Source of the DNA: Candidatus Hadarchaeota archaeon
Lineage (GTDB): Archaea > Hadarchaeota > Hadarchaeia > Hadarchaeales > Hadarchaeaceae
Length of the DNA stretch: 32,000 bases
Assembly (NCBI GenBank): GCA_964514965.1
Contig: CAZETV010000001.1
Coordinates: forward strand, 993,063 to 1,025,062
Direction: 5' to 3'
In this document: one piece after another, positions 1 through 9,274 of the stretch
How positions within the stretch are numbered: position 1 is the stretch's first letter
How the letters are laid out: each line of letters opens with the position of its first letter
Made by a program: the position numbers and the translations under genes
Notes under the pieces: model-generated
Databases searched by the model: none
What the model saw: the letters and a program-made list of their open reading frames with translations, nothing else
What the model was told of the DNA's origin: nothing

Positions 1-2263
1 TGAGAGCGGCACGAGGTACTTCTATCATGGTACCGAACTTGTAAAACACATCGATCCCGTGTTTAGACATCACTTCGCGCGCTACCCGCTCAAGTTGCTC
101 GCGCACCACCTTAAGTTCGTTGACGTGACCAACAAGGGGAATCATGATTTCCGGTCTCGGGTCGCTGCCTTCCCGCTTGAGTTCACATGCCGCCTCGAAT
201 ATCGCCCGAACCTGCATCTCATTGATGTCGGGGTGGATTATCCCAAGCCTGCATCCTCGGAGCCCCATCATCGGGTTGGCCTCCCGCATTTCCTCGACCC
301 GCTTCAAAAGTTTCTCCTCGGCTTCGAGTTCGGCTGGTTTCTCCCTGTTCATTCGTCGCGTAATCACCTCTTCCAGCAACTCCTCGTACTTGGGCAGAAA
401 TTCATGCAAGGGTGGGTCGAGGAGCCTTATCACCACAGGCAGGCCGTTCATCTCCTTCAAAATTCCCTTGAAATCACCCTTTTGAATCTCGAGCAATTTT
501 CCGAGAGCGTCTCTGCGCTCATCCTCTGTCTCGGCGAGTATCATTTGGTGGACGAGCGGCAGTCTCTTCTCCTCGAAGAACATGTGCTCAGTCCGACACA
601 ATCCTATCCCTTGAGCTCCAAGCTCCCTTGCTCGTTTAGCATCATGCGGATAGTCGGCGTTCGCCCAGTTCTGCAGTCGTTTGAACTCGTCAGCTGAAGA
701 AAGAAGTTTTTTGAACTCGACTGATATTTGCGGCTCTATCAACGGTGCCTCGCCAAGTATGACCTCGCCGTTTGAGCCGTTTATCGTGATTGTATCGCCT
801 TCTTTAACTGTTACCCCATTCACATCGAACAATCGCTTATCCGGGTCTATCTTGATGGACTCACAACCGACTACTGCGGGTTTCCCCATCCCTCTCGTTA
901 CCACTGCCGCATGGCTTGTCATTCCCCCTCTAGACGTGAGAACTCCCTGTGAGGCGATTATTCCCCCCACATCGTCCGGGCTTGTTTCCGGACGAACGAG
1001 TATGACTTTTTCTTTTTTCCCGCCCATCTCTTTTGCTTGCTCGGAATCAAACACAACTTTTCCAACCGCAGCACCCGGGCTAGCGTTAAGACCTTTCGCG
1101 ATTACTCGGACGTCAGCTTTCAGGTCTACCTGTTTATGTAACATTTGCTCAATTTGTTTAGGGTCAATCCTCAGGACGGCCTCTTCTTGGGTTATCAATC
1201 CTTCCTCAGCCATATCAACCGCTATTTTAACCGCAGCCTGAGCAGTCCTTTTTCCAGCTCGCGTCTGAAGCATGTAGAACTTCCCTTGCTCGACCGTGAA
1301 CTCAACGTCCTGCATCTCTCTGTAATGTTGTTCAAGTTTTCTTGCGATGTCGAGAAGCTGCTGGTAGAGGTGTGGAGCTTTTTCCTCAAGTTCTGCAATC
1401 TTAAGGGGAGTCCTAACTCCAGCTACTACATCCTCCCCTTGGGCGTTGAACAGGAATTCGCCGAAAAGTTTCTTCTCACCAGTGGCGGGATTGCGAGTAA
1501 AAGCAACTCCTGTTCCAGAGTCGGCCCCCATGTTTCCAAACACCATGGTGACAACGTTAACCGCAGTATACAGGTCATGAGGTATCTTGTAGAACTCGCG
1601 ATACTCCTTTGCCCGCTTTGTGTTCCAGGACTTGAAAACTGAGATTATCGCCCCTCTGAGCTGTTCATGTGGGTCATTCGGAAATTTCTCACCTTTTTCC
1701 TCTATTATTTGTTTGAATTGTCTGACTATTTCCTTCAGGTCTTCGGCTTTCAAGTCGGTGTCTAGCTTGGCCCCAACTTTGCTCTTGCGCCCATCAAATG
1801 CCGCCTCAAACTTTTTACCTTCGACCCCGAGCACTATCTTGCCGAACATCTGAATGAACCTGCGATAAGCGTCGTAGGCGAACCGCTCGTTTTTAGTCCG
1901 TTTTGCCAGCCCCTCAACACTCTCATCGTTAAGGCCGAGGTTGAGAATAGTATCCATCATGCCCGGCATCGAGAGCATGGAGCCAGAGCGAATGGAAACG
2001 AGTAGAGGGTTATTTGGGTCGCCGAAGCGTTTGCCCGTGAGTTTTTCAAGCTTCTGTATGGCTGATTCAACTTCGTCCATTAGCTCATCCGGTAACTTGC
2101 CCCCGCTTTCGTAATAGCTCCTGCAAACCTCGGTAGTGATCACAAAACCGGGGGGTACAGGTAGTCCAAGTTGTGCCATCGTGCAGAGACCGGCACCCTT
2201 GCCTCCAAGCAGCTTTTTATTTGAGCGATCCCCCTCATCGAAGGAGTAGAGGTTCTTTACCAT
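1..2263 (-). CDS. ppdK: pyruvate, phosphate dikinase (partial; C-terminal part runs off the left edge)
   Basis: Manual translation of the minus strand from ATG at 2263: MVKNLYSFDEGDRSNKKLLGGKGAGLCTMAQLGLPVPPGFVITTEVCRSYY...SVRSGSALSMPGMMDTILNLG...ADSGTGVAFTRNPATGEKKLFGEFLFNAQGEDVVAG. These are canonical PPDK N-terminal motifs. It is absent from the ORF track because the stop is outside the window. Confidence 0.95.
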   Translation of the reverse strand, partial: MVKNLYSFDEGDRSNKKLLGGKGAGLCTMAQLGLPVPPGFVITTEVCRSYYESGGKLPDELMDEVESAIQKLEKLTGKRFGDPNNPLLVSIRSGSMLSMPGMMDTILNLGLNDESVEGLAKRTKNERFAYDAYRRFIQMFGKIVLGVEGKKFEAAFDGRKSKVGAKLDTDLKAEDLKEIVRQFKQIIEEKGEKFPNDPHEQLRGAIISVFKSWNTKRAKEYREFYKIPHDLYTAVNVVTMVFGNMGADSGTGVAFTRNPATGEKKLFGEFLFNAQGEDVVAGVRTPLKIAELEEKAPHLYQQLLDIARKLEQHYREMQDVEFTVEQGKFYMLQTRAGKRTAQAAVKIAVDMAEEGLITQEEAVLRIDPKQIEQMLHKQVDLKADVRVIAKGLNASPGAAVGKVVFDSEQAKEMGGKKEKVILVRPETSPDDVGGIIASQGVLTSRGGMTSHAAVVTRGMGKPAVVGCESIKIDPDKRLFDVNGVTVKEGDTITINGSNGEVILGEAPLIEPQISVEFKKLLSSADEFKRLQNWANADYPHDAKRARELGAQGIGLCRTEHMFFEEKRLPLVHQMILAETEDERRDALGKLLEIQKGDFKGILKEMNGLPVVIRLLDPPLHEFLPKYEELLEEVITRRMNREKPAELEAEEKLLKRVEEMREANPMMGLRGCRLGIIHPDINEMQVRAIFEAACELKREGSDPRPEIMIPLVGHVNELKVVREQLERVAREVMSKHGIDVFYKFGTMIEVPRAAL

Positions 2264-2338
2264 ATGCGCGCCTCACCGTTCAACACAGGGAGCATTGCTT
2301 TTATCTTTTTTGGGATACCACTATAGAAGGGTTTGCGC

Positions 2339-3214
2339 ATGAGATGGCTCACACCAATCAGACCAGGGTTTGGAGGTTTCGATGAACCTTATGAGCGGGC
2401 TAACGTGGTGTTCGTAGGAGTGCCCCTCGATGTTACCTCAAGCTATCGCTCGGGCTACCGCTTCGGCCCAGCTAGAATTCGGGAGGCGTCGGCGAACCTT
2501 GAAACATACCTGATGGCGGCGGGACTGGATGTCTTCGAACGGCTCAACATCTCCGACCTTGGCGACTTGGAAGTTAGGCCCACAGATTTGAAGGAGACAG
2601 GTGAGCGGATCTTAAGAACGGTCCAAAGGATAAGGGGAGACGAAAAGATGCCCGTCCTGTTGGGCGGTGAGCACACCCTGACTTACTTCGCTCTCCAAGC
2701 TTTCGATGACGTGTTTGTAGTGCATTTAGACGCTCACCGCGATCTGCGCGAAGAGTACCTAGGCGATAAAATCTGCCACGCGACGGTTATGCGGCGGGTA
2801 TTAGACCGCTTGCCCCCCGAACGCTTGGTGCAGGTCGGAGTTCGCTCCTGTTCGAAGGAGGAAGCAGATTTCGCGCGCGAGGCAAATATACTCGCTTATA
2901 ATTCCGGGCAGATCATCGACGACGCGTCTCGGATAATATCGGAAGTGCGCAAGCTCGTCGGTAAGGCACGCGTTTACCTTACCATCGACCTCGATGTCCT
3001 CGATCCTGCTTTCGCTCCCGGGGTTGCGACGCCAGAGCCTGGAGGACCCTCGACGGTTGAAATTTCGCGATTAATTCGTGAACTCGGAAAACTCAACATA
3101 TGGGCTTTTGATTTGGTAGAATTGGTTCCTCCGCACGACGATGGTACCGCGGCCTTTGCTGCGGCGAAAATTATTTACGAACTACTAGCTGCGATTGCCA
3201 GTTTATCCAAGTAG
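2339..3214 (+). CDS. speB: agmatinase / arginase-family ureohydrolase
   Basis: Metal-binding motifs [18 protein letters not shown] and [14 protein letters not shown]. The track start is 2333; an ATG is available at 2339. Confidence 0.92.
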   Translation: MRWLTPIRPGFGGFDEPYERANVVFVGVPLDVTSSYRSGYRFGPARIREASANLETYLMAAGLDVFERLNISDLGDLEVRPTDLKETGERILRTVQRIRGDEKMPVLLGGEHTLTYFALQAFDDVFVVHLDAHRDLREEYLGDKICHATVMRRVLDRLPPERLVQVGVRSCSKEEADFAREANILAYNSGQIIDDASRIISEVRKLVGKARVYLTIDLDVLDPAFAPGVATPEPGGPSTVEISRLIRELGKLNIWAFDLVELVPPHDDGTAAFAAAKIIYELLAAIASLSK

Positions 3215-3730
3215 TTTCTGTCCCTGCTCCACGACGGTTCTAGACGGTAGAGGTAGTTTCAAACTTGCACGGCGAAGTGCTTCCTTGGCGACGAGCGCAA
3301 ATTCCTTCGCTACCCGCACACTCATAATTTTTTGTCCTGAGCTAACCCGCGCAGCAGTGCCAATTGGTCTGCCGAAGGCTCGGGCCATACCATCAGAGAT
3401 TCGGTCAGCGCCCGCCCCGGTTGCCATGGGGTTCTCGCGTAGGATCTGGTGAGGGTAGACGCGGAGCTTGAAATGGTAATTATCCTTGCCAGCTTTGACC
3501 TCGAGCAGACGATTCACGGCAATACGAGCGGCTTCCAGAGCATTGTGCCTTATCTGTCCGGTCTCCTGCGAAATTAGGGACATCTCGACCGGGAAATCAC
3601 CCTTAGGGTTGCCCATATCGAAGAAGGTAACACGTATCCCAGGGACTCCCTTAACGTACTCCCGGCGAGTGTAGGCCGGGCCGCTGAAGTAGCGGTAGGT
3701 CCGCGCGGGTCTAATCGGCATGTGAATCAC
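3203..3730 (-). CDS. rpl10e: 50S ribosomal protein L10e (uL16 family)
   Basis: [25 protein letters not shown]...[40 protein letters not shown] is typical of archaeal L10e. Confidence 0.95.
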   Translation of the reverse strand: MIHMPIRPARTYRYFSGPAYTRREYVKGVPGIRVTFFDMGNPKGDFPVEMSLISQETGQIRHNALEAARIAVNRLLEVKAGKDNYHFKLRVYPHQILRENPMATGAGADRISDGMARAFGRPIGTAARVSSGQKIMSVRVAKEFALVAKEALRRASLKLPLPSRTVVEQGQKLLG

Positions 3731-3794
3731 TCTTAATAAGTTTTAAACCCCTTTACATTTATAACTGCTATTTGGAATTATAAGGAGTGGTCAA

Positions 3795-4454
3795 ATGTCA
3801 TATATAATAATTGTTGGAGGGGGCCAGACCGGCTCGAAGCTAGCTAAGCGGCTTTCCGACCGAGGACACAACGTGGTGTTAATAGAGAAGGACGAAAAGC
3901 GGGCCCACGAGCTAGCGGCTGAGCTGGACGTGTTAGTCATTCACGGCAACGGCGCCGACATAGACGCGCTGAAGGATTCAGGCGTCGATAAGGCTGACGT
4001 GTTAATTGCGCTCACCCAACATGATGAGGTCAACCTCATGGCGTGTGAGCTGGGCAAGAAGATGGGCGTTCGCAGAGTAATCGCCCGAGTCAACGATGAG
4101 AAACATGCCAAGATGTTCGAGGAGCTTGGGGTCGACATCGCGGTCAGCTTGGTGAGTGCCGCAGTAATGCTCTTCGAGAAGGCTGTGACGGGATCTGGGG
4201 TCTATGGATTGTTGGGAATAGGTGGTGGCAAAGGCGAGGTCGTGGAGGTCACGGTCGGCACTAACTCGAAGACGGTCGGGAAGTTCATCAAGGAAATAAA
4301 CGTGACGAAAGACTGCACGTTCGCAATGATAACTAGGGGGGATGACTTCATTCCCCCGCGAGGTGACACCCAGATTCAAGCGGGAGACCTCGTCACGGTC
4401 GTGGGCAAACCCGAAGCTGTTTTGAAGGTCACCCGTTATCTGCGCGGCGAATAG
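3795..4454 (+). CDS. trkA: TrkA-type K+ uptake regulatory protein (TrkA_N + TrkA_C)
   Basis: N-terminal IIIVGGGQTGSKLAKRLSDRGHNVVLIEKD Rossmann motif followed by a RCK_C-like domain. Confidence 0.9.
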   Translation: MSYIIIVGGGQTGSKLAKRLSDRGHNVVLIEKDEKRAHELAAELDVLVIHGNGADIDALKDSGVDKADVLIALTQHDEVNLMACELGKKMGVRRVIARVNDEKHAKMFEELGVDIAVSLVSAAVMLFEKAVTGSGVYGLLGIGGGKGEVVEVTVGTNSKTVGKFIKEINVTKDCTFAMITRGDDFIPPRGDTQIQAGDLVTVVGKPEAVLKVTRYLRGE

Positions 4455-5620
4455 GATTTTGAGACGTGAAGTTCGATAATATCTTTGTCCCGAAGTGCAT
4501 ACTCTCGAGGCACCTGTTGTCCCGGGAAGCGCGTCGACCCCCACACTCGAGCAAACTCCAGCTCTCGCGCAAAATCTTTATGCACCTCGTTCGCGACATC
4601 GAAGACTGTCGAACCCTTTGGCAGTACCAGTGGGCGCTTTGCCGGCTCCTCGTCGGGACGTTTAGTGTAAATGCGGATGAGTTCAAGATTTTCGAAAATC
4701 GCTCTTTTTAACTCATTCCCAGCCTCTTGGACGGCAATTGTCCGAAAGCGGTTCCTGAACTCGCGTTCTAGCAGCTTGATTTTCTCCCTAGGATTGGAGG
4801 AATCACATTTTGTGAGGAGGATAAAGGCGCGGCGATAGATCAAGGACTCGTCGAGCGATTCTTCGAGTTCCTCGGCCGTCACTGGTTCGTCGATGGTCAC
4901 GAGCGCGTTGTGGATGTGATGCCTCTGCAAAATAAGTTTGAGTTCCGCCTCGTCGACCGTAAACATACCCGCTCCTCGAATTTCAATTCCTCCTGTAACC
5001 CTGCGCTGAATGCTAAGCTTAGGGGGCAGCTGATTAAGCCTGATGCCGGCCGCCTCGAGCTCGTTAATCAGCATTAGGACCTGCTCGGTTAGTTTCGTTG
5101 AGGCATCGACCACTAAAATGATGGCATCCGCGTTTCGAGCGATGCTGAGCGACCGTGCTCCAATTCCCTTGCCGAGACTCGAGTCCTCAACTACAGCGGG
5201 GACTTCGACAAGTTGTATTTGAACATCCTCAAATTGCATCATTCCCGGCACCGGCTGTTGAGTGGTAAATGGGTAAACACCGATTTTTGGGCGAGCGGCC
5301 GTGAGCTGATGCAGTACCGTTGACTTCCCAGAGTTAGGTGCCCCCACGAGCGCGACCTGAGCGGCACCTTCTTTTTTGACGGCGAAACTCGGTCCACCTC
5401 TGCCGACCCGGCGCACCTGTTTTGTCTGCAGCTCTTGGCGGAGTTTGGCTAGACGCCGCTTGAGCACCTTCAGGAGCTTCTCGGTCCCTTTATGTTTCGG
5501 GGCAAGGCGGATGAGTTCCTCAGTTGCTAGGATTTTCTCGTCTATAGTTCGTGCTTGATGGTAGCGCGCTTCAGCCTTGAAGTATTCAGGTGGGGGATTT
5601 GCTGGCATTTTCAACGCCAA
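4436..5620 (-). CDS. DRG/OBG-type GTPase with C-terminal TGS domain
   Basis: G1 GAPNSGKST, G4 LTKCD, and TGS-like C-terminus VFDVANEVHKDFARELEFARVWG...VPREYALRDKDIIELH. The G3 motif is atypical (VEVPAVV). Confidence 0.85.
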   Translation of the reverse strand: MALKMPANPPPEYFKAEARYHQARTIDEKILATEELIRLAPKHKGTEKLLKVLKRRLAKLRQELQTKQVRRVGRGGPSFAVKKEGAAQVALVGAPNSGKSTVLHQLTAARPKIGVYPFTTQQPVPGMMQFEDVQIQLVEVPAVVEDSSLGKGIGARSLSIARNADAIILVVDASTKLTEQVLMLINELEAAGIRLNQLPPKLSIQRRVTGGIEIRGAGMFTVDEAELKLILQRHHIHNALVTIDEPVTAEELEESLDESLIYRRAFILLTKCDSSNPREKIKLLEREFRNRFRTIAVQEAGNELKRAIFENLELIRIYTKRPDEEPAKRPLVLPKGSTVFDVANEVHKDFARELEFARVWGSTRFPGQQVPREYALRDKDIIELHVSKSYSPRR

Positions 5621-5793
5621 ATTCTATTGAGGTGGTCTAACAATATGAATATCAATGAGGGGGGCCTGTTAAAGGCCCTGAGATAAAAGATAACGCGGCG
5701 TCAAGTTGTGCTTGATAGTAGTCAAGTGGTTGAATCTAGTCATTTTTTGAGTTGTAGTTCTAAGTTTGAAATATCTCAAATTTTGAAGAAATC

Positions 5794-5800
5794 CTTAAAT
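5794..5800 (+). promoter_or_regulatory. TATA-like box for the candidate ncRNA
   Basis: TTAAATA lies about 25-27 nt upstream of the inferred RNA 5' end (GGGTGGCGGGG). Confidence 0.45.
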
Positions 5801-5820
5801 AGACTGGTGCTTTAGCTAGA

Positions 5821-6060
5821 GGGTGGCGGGGATAAAAGCCTGCAGAGGAGGCCAAACCGGAGCCTAAGGGCAACGGGGAGCCGCGTAAAAACCCGGGCGA
5901 AAAACCGGGGGAGGACGCGGATAAATCCTGTGGAAGAACAGGACAAAGTAACGACTGCGGGAAAAAGATCCTAACGTGAAAAAGCAACGAATGAGTGAAG
6001 TGGTCGAGATTCACGAACTCGTTGAAGGAGTAATGGAAGGGTCGAAATCCCCGCCATTTT
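5821..6060 (+). ncRNA. candidate structured non-coding RNA of unknown family
   Basis: A non-coding interval closed by a perfect 9-bp terminal helix: GGCGGGGAT (5825-5833) with ATCCCCGCC (6047-6055). Internal helices are present, a TATA-like box lies upstream, and a T-rich tail (ATTTTCTTTT) follows. Confidence 0.6.
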
Positions 6061-6063
6061 CTT

Positions 6064-7257
6064 TTAGGGTTTCAACAAGTAGCGTGAGTACTTTAAGATT
6101 TTTTTCAGCTCAAGCAAAGGCAGCAATCGCGGTGCGTTGACTAGGAGGGCTCGTAGAAGTTTTTCATGGCAATCGAAGTCAAAGTGTTTGAGCACCAAAG
6201 CTCGCACGTCTTCTTTCTTCAGAAGCTCGAATATTAAATTTAGATCCTCATCGGTCATTCGTTCAAAAACCTTGCGTGCACGAATTCCCAACTCAAACTC
6301 ACGACCAAACCTCTTCATCACAGCTTGTTCATACGCGCGAAGCTTCTTGGAGTTGGGTTCGCTTTTGAGGGCATCTGTCGCGACTTCGGCTGCAAGTTTG
6401 GCACAAGAAAGCCCGACATAGATGCCGCCTCCCGTAAGTGGCTTGACATGACCTGCGGCGTCTCCCACCAGCATCACGCGGTCAGTGCAGATTTTCCTCG
6501 TCATAGGTTGGGGGATTAGTCCAGTGAAGAAGTTGAGGGTTTTATCGGGTTGAATTTTGGTGGATACTATTGGGCAGTTTTTTACAAAAGAGAGGAGCTT
6601 CTCGATGGCATTGCCTTGGGAGGTGCCGAGCCCCACGCGGCAGAGGTTGCCAGCAGGGGTCAACCAAGCAAAGAAACCCGGCGCAAAAGAGTTGCCGAAG
6701 CAAAGCTCGGCGGTGTCGGATCGGACGCTCGCAAAGGTTTCGAGCTGAGCGCATTTGAGGTAGCGTGAAGTTTTCAGCAAACCTGCCTCCCGCGCGACAA
6801 TCGAAGCTGGGCCGTCCGCACCAATTACTAAACGTGCCTTGATTTCAGTTTCGCACGCGCCCTTGAGCTTCACCACAGGCTCGCGCCCGAGTTTGAGTCC
6901 CGCGCACCTCGTCTTTAGGAGCAGAGTGGCTCCAGCTTTCACGGCTTTCCTCGCTAGTTCCCGGTCGAAAGCAGCACGATCGATCACGAATGCCTCCACA
7001 TTGCCGCGACTTATCTCGATAGGCTCGTTAGATGGAGGATAAAAAATGGCGCGACGAAGCTTCCCGAGCACCCATTTCCCCAAATTAATTTTCAACTCTC
7101 GGAGACCACCTGTCCCGACTATACCAGCGCAGCAAGCGGGATTTCCGACTTCGCCGTGTTCTTCCACAATTACAACTTTCAACCCACGTTTGGCAAGCGC
7201 CTCACCGACAAAACATCCCGCAGGACCTCCGCCAACCACAGCAATATCTGCCCACAA
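6064..7257 (-). CDS. digeranylgeranylglycerophospholipid reductase-like FAD-dependent oxidoreductase
   Basis: N-terminal ADIAVVGGGPAGCFVGEALAKRGLKVVIVEEHGEVGNPACCAGIVG and the VMLVGDAAGHVKPLTGGGIYVG motif. Confidence 0.88.
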   Translation of the reverse strand: MWADIAVVGGGPAGCFVGEALAKRGLKVVIVEEHGEVGNPACCAGIVGTGGLRELKINLGKWVLGKLRRAIFYPPSNEPIEISRGNVEAFVIDRAAFDRELARKAVKAGATLLLKTRCAGLKLGREPVVKLKGACETEIKARLVIGADGPASIVAREAGLLKTSRYLKCAQLETFASVRSDTAELCFGNSFAPGFFAWLTPAGNLCRVGLGTSQGNAIEKLLSFVKNCPIVSTKIQPDKTLNFFTGLIPQPMTRKICTDRVMLVGDAAGHVKPLTGGGIYVGLSCAKLAAEVATDALKSEPNSKKLRAYEQAVMKRFGREFELGIRARKVFERMTDEDLNLIFELLKKEDVRALVLKHFDFDCHEKLLRALLVNAPRLLPLLELKKILKYSRYLLKP

Positions 7258-7312
7258 CCCAGCACCTTACAACTTTTTTAAGTCACAATAGATAACCCTA
7301 ACGAGTGGTTGA

Positions 7313-7837
7313 ATGCTCGATGTGCTAGCGTACGTGCTCTTCGGCCTGTTTGTCCTGATGGCGCCAGGCTTCCTATTCACGCTCGTGCTCTACCCACGTA
7401 AGGAGAGCTTCGATTTCTGGCAGCGCATGGGAGCTAGCTTGGGCTTGGGTGTGATCGTGCTCATCTATCTCGGTTTTGTGCTCGCTCAGCCAGGCTTGAA
7501 AATGCTCGCCTTGGCGCCATTCGTGCTAGCAGTATTTGGCGTGTGCCTGCTTTTTGCGCTCATAGCATATTGGCGTGGAGGCTTGGATGTGCTCATAATT
7601 TATGAACGTGCATTAATGCGAAAGATAAGTAAACTGAGACGGCCCAAGCCTAAGCCAGTTCCATCCGAGGAAAAACCAACCCTACCTGAGCTACCGCCCC
7701 AGCCAAAAGAGCCGCCGACTCCGCCTGAGGAGAAACCAGCTCCTCCAACCGAAGAGCGGCCAGCCCCATCTGAAGAGCAACCAAATCAACCGCCTCAATC
7801 CTCCGGAGGGAAGCGAGAAAGTGGCGAAAGTGTTTAA
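7313..7837 (+). CDS. DUF1616-like membrane protein with a Pro/Glu-rich C-terminal tail
   Basis: Several hydrophobic helices followed by a tail of PxPP/EEKP-type repeats (PKEPPTPPEEKPAPPTEERPAPSEEQPNQPP). Confidence 0.65.
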   Translation: MLDVLAYVLFGLFVLMAPGFLFTLVLYPRKESFDFWQRMGASLGLGVIVLIYLGFVLAQPGLKMLALAPFVLAVFGVCLLFALIAYWRGGLDVLIIYERALMRKISKLRRPKPKPVPSEEKPTLPELPPQPKEPPTPPEEKPAPPTEERPAPSEEQPNQPPQSSGGKRESGESV

Positions 7838-8186
7838 GTGCAAGCAAGTCATCGTCGTTCGAGCCGACCTTAAAATGAGCCCGGGAAAGCTTGCGACACA
7901 GGTTGCGCATGGAGCGGTTGCCGCTTTTGAACGTGTGCGCAAAGAGCACCGTGAATGGGCAGAAGTTTGGTTGAACGAGGGGCAGAAAAAAGTGGTGGTC
8001 AAAGTGGCGGGCGAGCAAGAGTTATTAAAACTACAAAAGCGCGCGGAGGAACTTGGCGTTTCCGCTGAGCTGATTCAAGATGCCGGATTGACCGAGTTGC
8101 CCCCAAGTACGACGACGGTGCTCGCAATTGGTCCCGCGCTAAACGAGGTTGTGGACCCGCTTACGGGCAATTTGCCTCTCCTTTAG
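7821..8186 (+). CDS. pth2: peptidyl-tRNA hydrolase, archaeal/eukaryal type (Pth2)
   Basis: KQVIVVRADLKMSPGKLATQVAHGAVAAF...VSAELIQDAGLTELPPSTTTVLAIGPALNEVVDPLTGNLPLL. Confidence 0.95.
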   Translation: MAKVFKCKQVIVVRADLKMSPGKLATQVAHGAVAAFERVRKEHREWAEVWLNEGQKKVVVKVAGEQELLKLQKRAEELGVSAELIQDAGLTELPPSTTTVLAIGPALNEVVDPLTGNLPLL

Positions 8187-9179
8187 GTGAAAGAGATGAA
8201 GCTAAGCGATGTTGGTGAACGAACGCTGGTCGAGCTTGCCCGCAAAATTTTCAAGCGTGGAGCCCATGTCAGAGTAGGTATAGGCGATGATGCAGCCGTG
8301 CTAGATCTGGATAGTTTCAAGTGTGCGGTTTTGACGACTGATATGCTCGCCGCAAGCAGGCATTTCCCACATGGCACCTCACCCGAGCAAATGGGCCGCA
8401 AGGCGGTCGTGGTCAACTTGAGTGACCTAGCAGCGATGGGCGCAGAGCCGCTGGGGCTGATTTTTTCGGTGGGTTTGCCGAGGGGGCTTAAGGTTAAATT
8501 TGTCGAGCGACTCGTGCGGAGCATGGATATAGCCGCACGCGAACACGGCACCTACATTGTCGGTGGAGACTTAGACGAGACCGAAGAGATAGTCATATCG
8601 GGGATGGCTTTAGGCGTGGTTCGCAGGCGGGAATTCTTAACGCGATCCGGAGCGAAAGTTGGCGACATCATCGCGGTAACCGGCAAACTTGGAGCTGCCG
8701 CTGCGGGTTTGAAGCTACTTCTCAAACGGCTCCCGGTCAATAGCTATCGTGCGCTGGTTAGAGCCCAGCTCGAACCGAGAGCGCGCGTGCGAGAGGGTAG
8801 AGCTTTGGTGCGGAGTGGCCTCGTTACATCAGCGATAGATGTGACAGATGGGCTGGCAGCAAATATCTGGCAGCTTGCAAAGGAGAGCAAGATGAAAATT
8901 GTTATTGATCGCGATGATATACCCGAACACCCGCTCGTCAGAAAATTCGCGGTCCAGCATGGTTTCAATGTGGATGATTTCGTGCTTGTTGGAGGGGAAG
9001 ATTTTGAATTGCTCTTCACGGTCCGCCCGCGAGGATGGGAAAAAGTTCGGCTGACGCTCAAGCGCGTGGGCACAACGGCAACTAAGATTGGATGTGTAAC
9101 CAAAGGCAGGGGAGTTTTTATTAGAACTAATGGAAAGACACGAAAGTTGCCAGACCGCGGTTACGAGCATTTCAGATGA
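8187..9179 (+). CDS. thiL: thiamine-monophosphate kinase
   Basis: VGIGDDAAVLD, TTDMLAASRHF, KAVVVNLSDLAAMGAEPLG, IVGGDL, SAIDVTDGLAANIWQLA and LVGGEDFELLFTV motifs. Confidence 0.95.
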   Translation: MKEMKLSDVGERTLVELARKIFKRGAHVRVGIGDDAAVLDLDSFKCAVLTTDMLAASRHFPHGTSPEQMGRKAVVVNLSDLAAMGAEPLGLIFSVGLPRGLKVKFVERLVRSMDIAAREHGTYIVGGDLDETEEIVISGMALGVVRRREFLTRSGAKVGDIIAVTGKLGAAAAGLKLLLKRLPVNSYRALVRAQLEPRARVREGRALVRSGLVTSAIDVTDGLAANIWQLAKESKMKIVIDRDDIPEHPLVRKFAVQHGFNVDDFVLVGGEDFELLFTVRPRGWEKVRLTLKRVGTTATKIGCVTKGRGVFIRTNGKTRKLPDRGYEHFR

Positions 9180-9274
9180 GTAAGAATATGACACATGATT
9201 TGCGAATAAAAATCGGCTGACAGATAAATTAGTAAATCTTTGATTTCCCTTTTGGTCTAGGATAATTCCTCTTT

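Noticed and set aside
59-1853. Four plus-strand ORFs (212, 186, 165 and 77 aa)
   Set aside because: They are antisense to the clearly recognisable ppdK reading frame and have no family-like motifs.
5760-6014. 84-aa minus-strand ORF over the candidate ncRNA
   Set aside because: Composition is low-complexity and non-conserved-looking; helices and promoter support an RNA gene on the plus strand instead.
5821-6060. RNase P RNA or SRP RNA identity for the structured interval
   Set aside because: I could not find the GAGGAAAGTCC region or the SRP helix 8 GGAA tetraloop and asymmetric loop. A covariance-model search is needed before excluding a divergent form.
6542-7291. Several plus- and minus-strand ORFs over the reductase gene
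   Set aside because: They lie on top of a well-supported FAD-dependent reductase frame.
7650-8018. ORFs antisense to the DUF1616-like tail and pth2
   Set aside because: Both underlying plus-strand genes are recognisable; the antisense translations are not.
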